The translations under genes were made by a program, and so were the position numbers. DNA of 24,000 bases from Acidobacteriota bacterium (lineage in GTDB: Bacteria > Acidobacteriota > Terriglobia > Versatilivoradales > Versatilivoraceae): assembly GCA_003224715.1 (NCBI GenBank), contig QHZP01000117.1:5834-29833 (forward strand), in the 5' to 3' direction. Below the pieces are notes generated by a model that saw only the letters and a list, made by a program, of their open reading frames with translations, was not told where the DNA came from and did no database searches. The number at the start of each line of letters is the position of its first letter. Within the stretch, counting starts at the first letter, position 1. Of the stretch, positions 7,608 through 14,654 are shown piece by piece.

Positions 7608-8573
7608 ATGCTGAGGCGTGGTCTAGCGTGCTCGGGTTGGGTCCTGATTCTGTTAACCCTATTTCCCGTAGCTTCCATGTCGGCAGAGAAACGGACTATA
7701 AAAATCGGCGACCCGGCCCCAGATTTTACCTTACAAAGTCTGGATGGCCGTGAAATTCGTCTCAGCGATTATCGTGGCAAGCGAGTCCTGCTCTTTATCT
7801 GGGCCTCCTGGTGAACCTGCAGGGAACAGCTGCCAGGTTGGCAGGCGTTCTATCAGAAGCACCAGAGCGAGAGCTTTGAACTGATTGCGGTGGCGATGGA
7901 TGCGCAGGGGCCCGAAGCGGTGCGCCGCTTTGTGGCAAAGGCCAATGCCACCTTTGTCAATGTCGTGGACTCTGCCGATGGACTTTGGGACCTCTATGGT
8001 TTTGAGGTTATTCCCAATGGTTACTACGTTGACGAACGCGGCTATGTCCGTTATCTCAAAGTGGGTGGCTTTGAAATTCGGGAGCCCACCACAGCAAAAA
8101 TTCTCGACGATTTGTTAGCCGAAAAATGGCCCAAGAAGCCCGTTAAGGTTCCCGACAAGCCCAAGCTATCCGCCAAAAAAGAGATTGTTCAGTTAACCAA
8201 ACAACTCAAGGTGAGTTCTCGTGGGGTTGAAAAACGTTTACACCTGGCTGAACTTTTAGTGGAAACAGGACAATACAGAAAGGCCGGCAAGGAGTATGAC
8301 GTCATTCTGGCTCATCACCCGAAGCAAGTAAAAGCGCTTTTTGGTCGAGGAGTGGTTTACCGTCGTGAGAAGAAAACTGACAAAGCTCTGGCATGCTGGC
8401 GTAAGGCTTATACTCTGGATCCCGGCAATTGGGTCATACGCAAGCAAATCTGGGCCCTCGAACACCCTGAACAGTTTTATCCCGCCATCAACTACAATTG
8501 GCAGCAGGAGCAGATTCGGAGAGAAGAGATGCAGGCGGACGCGGGAGAAAAGGCCAAGGCTCAAAGGAAGTAG
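7608..8573 (+). CDS. Secreted TlpA/redoxin-like thioredoxin-fold protein fused to TPR repeats; candidate selenoprotein with in-frame TGA (Sec) at 7812-7814
   Basis: ORFs 7584..7814 and 7890..8573 share one frame and are separated only by TGA 7812-7814. The TGA sits in ...LLFIWASW-U-TC-REQLP at the redox Cys position. A SECIS-like hairpin follows. There is a signal peptide at the N-terminus and TPR repeats at the C-terminus. Start is ATG 7608 or GTG 7584. Confidence 0.6.
7824..7850 (+). promoter_or_regulatory. SECIS-like stem-loop 9 nt downstream of the in-frame UGA
   Basis: Lower stem GAAC (7824-7827) / GUUC (7847-7850), then a 2x2 internal loop, then upper stem CUGCCA (7830-7835) / UGGCAG (7839-7844) with apical loop GGU. 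An alternative 8-bp hairpin at 7815-7838 overlaps it. Confidence 0.45.
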
Positions 8574-8613
8574 CCAAGACGGTGAAATCGGTCGAGACAG
8601 GCTAAGATCCGGG

Positions 8614-9312
8614 CTAGCGCGCTCTTCGCTCAATGCCGATATGAGTCAGCCCTTTCTGGAAGACTTTTCCCCCTCGGATTTCTGATCGACTAAGCAGAAT
8701 CTTTAACTCCTCCAGAGTATAGGCAGCCTTCACCGAATCCCTATATAGCTTCTTCATCAGACCTCGGTAGTATCTGCCAAACCAGGCCACATGAAGAGGG
8801 AAAGTCACTGCAGATGGCCTTCTGAGGTCCCTAAGCAGAATGGCGCCCGCCAGCTTGGTTACTCGCGCGATTTCATTGAGCGTAACCAGGGGATCGGCGG
8901 AATGGTGAAGCAAAGAGTTGCAGGTCACCAGGTCAAAATGGGCCGGAGGAAAGTGAATAGACTGGGCATCGTCTTTTTGAAACCTGACCCGGTCTTGAAC
9001 TCCGCTCAATTCCGCATTTTTCCTGGCCTCTTCGAGCATGGCTTCGGACAGATCAAGCCCGACGATTTGGAAGCGAGGATTCTTCAATGCGAGCTTAATG
9101 GGAATCTGTCCGGGGCCTGTCCCTACATCCAGCACCCATCCCTGCTCTACGCCCAGACCTAGAGCATGTTCCACAAAGCTATTGTCGATTTCGTCGAGAT
9201 AGGCCTGGGAGGAGGCGGAGCTGTAAGCCGCTGCTTCTTCACCACCCCCCATAATCTCCGGCTCAGGAACGCGAGGCAAGAAAAACAGTTCCTGCCGCCA
9301 CTTATTGGGCAT
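8614..9312 (-). CDS. Class I SAM-dependent methyltransferase
   Basis: SAM-binding motif VLDVGTGPGQIPIKLA, then GLDLSEAMLEEARKNA and DLVTCNSLLHH. Confidence 0.85.
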   Translation of the reverse strand: MPNKWRQELFFLPRVPEPEIMGGGEEAAAYSSASSQAYLDEIDNSFVEHALGLGVEQGWVLDVGTGPGQIPIKLALKNPRFQIVGLDLSEAMLEEARKNAELSGVQDRVRFQKDDAQSIHFPPAHFDLVTCNSLLHHSADPLVTLNEIARVTKLAGAILLRDLRRPSAVTFPLHVAWFGRYYRGLMKKLYRDSVKAAYTLEELKILLSRSEIRGGKVFQKGLTHIGIERRAR

Positions 9313-9316
9313 GGGT

Positions 9317-9667
9317 TCAATAGCCGCGCCTCCTCAACTCGCGCTCAGAAAGCCCAAAATAATGTCCGATCTCATGTTTCAATGTCTTTTCGATTTGCCT
9401 AACGATCTCTCTATCACTTCTGCAAATGGCTTCGATATTTTTCTGATAGAGAAAAATCTGTCCAGGCATGCCCGCCCAGAATACCGACTGGCGCGTTCTG
9501 GGAATTCCTCGAAACAGGCCTAGAAGCATTCCGGAATATTCGTCTTGCAATTCCTTTTCAGGATAATCCTCCACAATGATAGCGACATTTTCGATCTTAT
9601 CTTTAAAGGCTCGAGGCAATCGATCTAAAGCGTCGTCGACGAGTTGTGAAAACTGAATTCGGTCCAT
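9317..9667 (-). CDS. Zincin-like metallopeptidase family protein (DUF1025/Zincin_1 type)
   Basis: 116 aa with HEIGHYFGLSE (HExxH) near the C-terminus and the NVAIIVEDYP motif. It is packed 1 nt after lpxD and 4 nt before the methyltransferase. Confidence 0.75.
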   Translation of the reverse strand: MDRIQFSQLVDDALDRLPRAFKDKIENVAIIVEDYPEKELQDEYSGMLLGLFRGIPRTRQSVFWAGMPGQIFLYQKNIEAICRSDREIVRQIEKTLKHEIGHYFGLSERELRRRGY

Positions 9668-9668
9668 G

Positions 9669-10736
9669 TCAAGGCGACCCGGAATTTCGATGGCGAAGAT
9701 TCCGAAACGCTTCTTCCAAACGCTTCAACGCTTCCTTTAAAGTATCGATCTCATCTTTCATTTCCGGCAGCCGTCCGAACAAGGCATTCAGACGCTTATA
9801 TTCGCGCAGAGGACGGACAGGCACTCCCCAGTATACCTCCCCGCCCCGGACGATCTTTCCGGGCAGAATCCCTGCCTTGGAACCAATGATGGCACCACTT
9901 TCAACCCGGGCATGATCTCCGAATCCGACTTGGCCACCGATGATTGCGTGATCTTCTATGACTGTGCTGCCAGAAATTCCGGTCTGCGCCGCTATAATCA
10001 CGCCCCGGCCGATCTGGACGTTATGAGCAATTTGAACGAGGTTATCAATCTTGGCCCCAGCCCCGATCCGCGTGGTACCCAGAGAGCCCCGGTCAATCGT
10101 CGTATGGCATCCAATCTCAACATCCTCTTCAATCACAACGCGTCCGACCTGTGGGAATTTTTCTTGCCTCTTACCATCCGAAACATAGCCGAATCCATCC
10201 CCGCCCAGGACCGCCCCCGCGTGCAAGGTGACTCGGTGTCCCAGTTCGACTCGGTCATAAAGGACGACGGCGGGGTGGAGAATGCACTGCTCCCCAAGCC
10301 TGCAGTTCTCCCCCACAACCACACCAGCATGGAGTATACATCCGTCCCCAATAAAGGTGCCGGCCGCAACAGTGACGTACGGGCCGATATCAACGTTCCG
10401 TCCGATCACCGCTTGTGGGGAAACGACCGCGGTAGCGTGGCAGAAGCCTTTCCCCTGAGGACGCGGCCGCAGAAGCTGAGCGGCTCGAGCAAAGTGTAGT
10501 TTGGGCGTATCAGAGAGGATGGCATTCCAGCCGGATAGAACCAGGGCCGGGGATGCGATAATACAGGCAGCCGGCAGCCGTTCCGGAAGGGTTGTCCGCT
10601 TGCCACGGACTTCCTGGAAAATTAAGGAGGAACTGTCGGCCTCCTCCCAGTTGGATACCCTGGTTAGCAGTTGACTGCCGTCCCCCTGGTAAGGAAGGCC
10701 TAAGATTTTGGCCAGGTCGGAAATGGAATAACTCAT
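9669..10736 (-). CDS. lpxD: UDP-3-O-acylglucosamine N-acyltransferase (LpxD)
   Basis: MSYSISDLAKILGLPYQGDG aligns with LpxD N-termini, followed by a long run of hexapeptide repeats. ATG 10736 was chosen because the upstream extension to 10781 is encoded by a terminator hairpin. Confidence 0.9.
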   Translation of the reverse strand: MSYSISDLAKILGLPYQGDGSQLLTRVSNWEEADSSSLIFQEVRGKRTTLPERLPAACIIASPALVLSGWNAILSDTPKLHFARAAQLLRPRPQGKGFCHATAVVSPQAVIGRNVDIGPYVTVAAGTFIGDGCILHAGVVVGENCRLGEQCILHPAVVLYDRVELGHRVTLHAGAVLGGDGFGYVSDGKRQEKFPQVGRVVIEEDVEIGCHTTIDRGSLGTTRIGAGAKIDNLVQIAHNVQIGRGVIIAAQTGISGSTVIEDHAIIGGQVGFGDHARVESGAIIGSKAGILPGKIVRGGEVYWGVPVRPLREYKRLNALFGRLPEMKDEIDTLKEALKRLEEAFRNLRHRNSGSP

Positions 10737-10742
10737 TGCCAA

Positions 10743-10776
10743 ACAAAAAACGCAGGCCACGAGGGCCTGCGTCTTT
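10743..10776. terminator. Bidirectional rho-independent terminator-like hairpin
   Basis: A perfect 9-bp stem acgcaggcc (10749-10757) / ggcctgcgt (10763-10771) with a 5-nt loop. It has an A-run on the 5' side and tctttt on the 3' side, so a U-tract is present on either strand. It lies downstream of the radical SAM gene ending at 10870. Confidence 0.55.
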
Positions 10777-10869
10777 TCCATGTCAGCAGACTAGATTCAA
10801 CAATCCCTCGCCCCAATCCTTCTCCCATTGTGACAGGTTTGACCGAGTGAGGGGCGTGCAGCCATTCTC

Positions 10870-11439
10870 CTACGGCTTTCTAACAGCCTCCAGGATCTCT
10901 TTGTCCTTTTCTAAAAGCGCAGGATTATCACTACAGCAACCACTTCCGGAAGTGGTTTGAATTACTGGGAGGCTCAGATGATGCTGCGTCGTCTTAAGCT
11001 GAACTCTCTTACCCTTGGCAAAAATCTCGTGCCGGCCCTGGGTTTTATGCCATTCGGCCAGGGTTGCAGTCTGGTGCATGTTTTCAATAATCTGCCGCCA
11101 CCCCACTCCGGTGTTGTAAGCACAGAAGGAAATCTCCCCCTCCTGGGTGCCATAGGGTATCACACACATCTCAGTGCGGCGGAAGTCGTAAGTCCACAAA
11201 TCCTGAAACCACATACCCTCCACGCATAGGACGCGCCAATCATCGTTGTCCGTGCGCGTTTTCATGCGATCGTTACGATCGCTGTCTGAACGCTCGGAAC
11301 TAGGTTTGAACAGATTCACGATCTGTGAAATCGGAAAGCCCTTGGGAGCTTTATCAGCCTTGAAGTTGCGCATGATGGAAAGAGCCAACTGAGCCGCTGT
11401 GAGAGTCCTTCCGCGAGCGGTATCGGTAATTACGGCCAC
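10870..11439 (-). CDS. C-terminal fragment of a Tes/GDGT-MAS-like (COG1964-type) radical SAM protein, separated from the N-terminal part by a frame change
   Basis: CVEGMWFQDLWTYDFRRTEMCVIPYGTQEGEISFCAYNTGVGWR matches the conserved C-terminal block that is part of the same polypeptide in MJ0619-type enzymes. It is in the -1 frame relative to 11430..12803 and overlaps it by 10 nt. Confidence 0.65.
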   Translation of the reverse strand: MAVITDTARGRTLTAAQLALSIMRNFKADKAPKGFPISQIVNLFKPSSERSDSDRNDRMKTRTDNDDWRVLCVEGMWFQDLWTYDFRRTEMCVIPYGTQEGEISFCAYNTGVGWRQIIENMHQTATLAEWHKTQGRHEIFAKGKRVQLKTTQHHLSLPVIQTTSGSGCCSDNPALLEKDKEILEAVRKP

Positions 11440-12803
11440 ATCGCGAGCGGAGCGAACTCGTGGGTTCGACGATTGACCACCAGCAACGTAAAAATGCCGC
11501 AGTTAGGATGACAGTTGCAGGCGCTCCAGCCCCAGGGCGCATCGTCTCCTTGCAGCAGGTCCATCACACTGGTGAAGGCACTGTAGGAAGAAAGAGGGAA
11601 CCAATCCCGCAGGGGTTCCCAGTCGGCATTTAACTGGGTCTTCAAGTCTTCCACCATTTGCGAGAGCGTATAACGATGGGCATAACGGGTCTGATCATCA
11701 ATATCTTCATCTCGGCCGGTGAAGGAGACAGGTTGAAAAGCAATGGTCTGGATTTTGTCGATATTGCGGATTGCGAACTCCACAATGGAACCAATACCAT
11801 CGTTGTTCACTCCGTTTACAATGGTCGTCACTAAAGTGGTTTTCATTCCCGCTTTGGCCATGTTCTCGACAGCCTGAAGCTTGACATCAAACAAATTTCC
11901 TACGCCGCGATGCCGGTTCTTCTCCTCCGAGGTGCCGTCAAACTGCAGGTAGGCTCCGTGCAGACCCGCCTCGTGAGCCTGGCGCGTAAACTCTTCGCTC
12001 TGCGCAAAACGAATCCCATTAGTAGCCGCCATCACTCGATAGAAGCCAATCTTCTTAGCATACGCCACGGCCTCGATGAAATGAGGAGAGATGGTCGGTT
12101 CGCCTCCGGAAAAGAGAACGATCACCTGGCGGCGCGGCTTGAAGGAAACGGCGCGGTCAAGGATGGCTTTGATGTCTTCAAAGCTTGGCTGATGCACGTA
12201 GCCGACCTGGTTGGCATCCATAAAACAGGGATTGCACATCATGTTGCATCGGTTGGTGAGGTCCACCGTGAGGACAGCGCCCCGGCCAAATTTGATTGTC
12301 GACGTGCCGTGCCGATGAACGTCCTTGTCTTCGGCACATTTGAAATCCCTGCCTAAGAACAGACTTTCAATACGCCGGGTGAAATGCGAGTTGGTGGATA
12401 ATACATCTTCGAAAGGACCGTGTTTGTCGCAAACCTTTCGCATGAGAACCCGGCCATTCTCCTCCACGATGTGCGCCTTGATTTCGCCAGGCTGGCCTGA
12501 GATCAGTGCCGAAATATCCATCTCCCCCTTGATAATCGCATTGCGAACTTCAGGAACACAGCGAGGACAAAGCGAGTCGGTTACTCTGGGGAATCCCAGT
12601 GTGGGAGCCGAGCGCTCATAGCTCTTGAGCATTTTTCCTGGGGCCCATTTGGGGCTGGGCAGTTCCCCTTCGGGAAGGCGCCGGTTAACCGCCTGGAGCA
12701 TCTTCCAAGCCAGATTGGCTATTCCAGAAATACAAGACGATCCGGACCAGTTCCGCAAGAAACTCTTCTCGCCTTCATTCCGGAACATATGATCAGTGTA
12801 CAT
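11430..12803 (-). CDS. N-terminal and radical SAM core fragment of a Tes/GDGT-MAS-like (COG1964-type) radical SAM protein
   Basis: RBS ggagg lies 6 nt before ATG 12803. There is a zinc-ribbon/rubredoxin-like CPRC...KVCDKHGPF, a CxxxCxxC motif CNMMCNPC (12225-12248), GGEPT, and a later Cys cluster ACNCHPNCG. It ends prematurely at 11430 relative to family members. Confidence 0.7.
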   Translation of the reverse strand: MYTDHMFRNEGEKSFLRNWSGSSCISGIANLAWKMLQAVNRRLPEGELPSPKWAPGKMLKSYERSAPTLGFPRVTDSLCPRCVPEVRNAIIKGEMDISALISGQPGEIKAHIVEENGRVLMRKVCDKHGPFEDVLSTNSHFTRRIESLFLGRDFKCAEDKDVHRHGTSTIKFGRGAVLTVDLTNRCNMMCNPCFMDANQVGYVHQPSFEDIKAILDRAVSFKPRRQVIVLFSGGEPTISPHFIEAVAYAKKIGFYRVMAATNGIRFAQSEEFTRQAHEAGLHGAYLQFDGTSEEKNRHRGVGNLFDVKLQAVENMAKAGMKTTLVTTIVNGVNNDGIGSIVEFAIRNIDKIQTIAFQPVSFTGRDEDIDDQTRYAHRYTLSQMVEDLKTQLNADWEPLRDWFPLSSYSAFTSVMDLLQGDDAPWGWSACNCHPNCGIFTLLVVNRRTHEFAPLAMWP

Positions 12804-13113
12804 GCAGATCCTCCAAATCAGCTAACTTGCTTAGTATTCATTACTATAATCGGTTTGAGTGGCTTCGACTTTAGGCTGACACTCTGCGACAGACCGAGTT
12901 ATCGACAAGCCCTTGCTAAACTAGCAGTTTTTATCCCACCTGTCCAGCAAATTTTGCAGAATCTTATACTTCGGGGCAGATGAGATTTGTCACCGCAGCT
13001 TAGCCTTGTCTTTCTTAATCACACTAACGTATTTGCAAATTCCCATTTCTCCGGATGATTTGAGGTCATGCTCGCCTTTCATTTGCTGGCCCACAAGGTT
13101 CCTCCCCTACCAT

Positions 13114-13257
13114 GGGAGCCCGAAGCGCCAGCGAGGGCCCAAACGCCCGGGGAAACCCGGGACCGACCTCCACAGCCCGTGCATCGCCAGCCCTGACACT
13201 CGATTCCAGCGGACTTCTCCGATGCCTCCTTATCCCTCGCTGGCGCTTCGGGCTCCC
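13114..13257. repeat. Perfect 24-bp inverted repeat with a 96-nt spacer (structured element, possible MITE or ncRNA)
   Basis: gggagcccgaagcgccagcgaggg (13114-13137) is the exact reverse complement of ccctcgctggcgcttcgggctccc (13234-13257). The spacer contains cccggg-gaaa-cccggg, a 6-bp stem with a GNRA loop. Confidence 0.7.
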
Positions 13258-13300
13258 AATGTCACCAGGTGCTCAAACCGCCCTTTGTTAGGGCAGCTCG

Positions 13301-13531
13301 CTACGCGAAGAGCCGCTCGAACAACTCCTGGGCACGTGCACGCCCAGCCTCGGTCAAAGCGACCGACTTATACTTGTTCTTCGGATCGGAGATATAGCCC
13401 TTTTGGTGGAGCCGGTCGAGTGCCTCCCAGTCATGTCCCTTCCAGGCTCGTGTGAGGCCATGATCGGTAAAGGATGTGAGGTGCAACAATGCCAGCACTG
13501 CATCGTCAATTTTATCCAGGTTCGCCTTCAT
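13301..13531 (-). CDS. DUF6429 family small protein
   Basis: MKANLDKIDDAVLALLHLTSF...RAWKGHDWEALDRLHQKGYISDP..KSVALTEAGRARAQELFERLF matches the DUF6429 pattern as I remember it. ATG 13531 is preferred over the upstream alternative start. Confidence 0.6.
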   Translation of the reverse strand: MKANLDKIDDAVLALLHLTSFTDHGLTRAWKGHDWEALDRLHQKGYISDPKNKYKSVALTEAGRARAQELFERLFA

Positions 13532-13681
13532 CGTTTGACTTGCCTCCTTTTGCCTGATGTACGCCAGGCTCTTTGTACTGACCACCGGCTCCGATTCTTC
13601 GTTCGGCTAGCAACCGTTGCAGCGGGAACGACGACCGGTCCCGGCGCAAGCCCTAACCCCCGCCAGGCCGACGATGGGCCG

Positions 13682-13819
13682 TCAGTATGACGAGCAGTCC
13701 ATTTCGGAGATGGACGAGGGGCGCGCGCCGTAGATGCCCGCAGCGACGTGGCACAGGGTGTTGAGGATTGTGTCGGCCATGACCACGCCGCACTCGGTGA
13801 AGGCGCTTGGCAATTTCAT
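13682..13819 (-). pseudogene. Possible remnant of an ORF6N-domain gene
   Basis: A 45-aa minus-strand ORF MKLPSAFTECGVVMADTILNTL... resembles the LPYAFTEQGVAMLSSVLNS core of ORF6N domains. The upstream in-frame sequence (..SLKIWFSVE-stop) looks like a degraded continuation. Confidence 0.3.
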
Positions 13820-13912
13820 TTACTCCACGGAAAACCAGATTTTCAAAGATGATCCAAGAACAACTTCTATCACCGCACGCAACATGGCTCGTTCACGGTT
13901 TCGCGGTGACCA

Positions 13913-14587
13913 TCAGACAGCCTTTAACTTCCATGCCACCACTTCCAACCGCCGAGAAAAGTGGAGCAAAGGATTTGTCTTGGGTAACTTCAACCCGAAA
14001 GGTTCTGTCATCGTATTAATTTCAATCTCTGCCTCGGCGGGCTGTAAGGGCCAATGATCATGATAAATATCGCCATAATAGACTCGACCGAGGCGGTCCG
14101 CGGCATACAGGCAGTATCTTTCTGTTAACCAGTGATCGATGGTTCCTTGAGCCGGGTGGCAGACATGTCCAACAGGCCGGTATGTTGCGGCAAAATTAAC
14201 GGAGGGAGCCCCAGTATGTATCCGTTTACTGTTGTAACGAATGCCGTTAGTTTCTTCCGAGACGCTGATGCTGGCGTCATAGTACGGCAGGTGGAAAGCC
14301 CATCGGGCACCGCGAACAGCCAGGCGGCTGGAGGCATCCAGACTAAAAAACCAAACGCCAGGTTTTTCACCATGGCTGACATAGGTTCGAACGTTGAGCT
14401 CTGAGAAATTGGAAACCCAGGGCAGCCAGGGAATATACCTGAGCCGGAAACCGGTCATTCGGAATGGAACGACACCAATCCAAGCCTCGCCGTCAAACGT
14501 ATCAATGTGGAGTGAAGGTGGAATGAGCGGGCGGAGCAAATCGACATGAATCGGCCAATGGATGAACAGCAGATCATGCCAGGTCAT
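13913..14587 (-). CDS. DUF2071 (YqjF-like) family protein
   Basis: MTWHDLLFIHWPIHVDLLRPLIPPSLHIDTFDGEAWIGVVPFRMTG is the typical DUF2071 N-terminus. ATG 14587 was chosen because the longer ORF to 14719 would overlap the ubiD-like gene by 65 nt. Confidence 0.7.
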   Translation of the reverse strand: MTWHDLLFIHWPIHVDLLRPLIPPSLHIDTFDGEAWIGVVPFRMTGFRLRYIPWLPWVSNFSELNVRTYVSHGEKPGVWFFSLDASSRLAVRGARWAFHLPYYDASISVSEETNGIRYNSKRIHTGAPSVNFAATYRPVGHVCHPAQGTIDHWLTERYCLYAADRLGRVYYGDIYHDHWPLQPAEAEIEINTMTEPFGLKLPKTNPLLHFSRRLEVVAWKLKAV

Positions 14588-14654
14588 GGCGATTGCCCAT
14601 CCACCACGGGACAATCTGCTTAAGTCCCGATCCGGCTCAGTCAACCTAGGGTCA

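Noticed and set aside
7620-7631. Lipoprotein lipobox (G-L-A-C) in the TlpA-like protein signal peptide
   Set aside because: The Cys precedes the hydrophobic core instead of following it, and the -3 position is Gly. A type I signal peptidase site after ..ASMSA is more plausible.
9912-10499. 195-aa plus-strand ORF, and similar long antisense ORFs at 8791..9162, 11910..12356, 15204..15644, 19060..19482
   Set aside because: They lie antisense within well-supported genes (lpxD, methyltransferase, radical SAM genes, ubiD). They have no motifs or RBS and are typical shadow ORFs.
10737-10781. 15-codon N-terminal extension of LpxD (MEKTQALVACVFCLA)
   Set aside because: It is encoded by the terminator hairpin itself. 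LpxD homologues begin at the MSYSISDLA-type sequence.
11430-11450. Programmed -1 ribosomal frameshift joining the two Tes-like ORFs
   Set aside because: There is no X-XXY-YYZ slippery heptamer and no obvious downstream pseudoknot at the junction. A one-base indel (mutation or assembly error) is the simpler explanation.
13006-13455. 149-aa Pro/Arg-rich plus-strand ORF
   Set aside because: It spans the 24-bp perfect inverted repeat and runs antisense into the DUF6429 gene. Its low-complexity composition and lack of an RBS make it an artefact.
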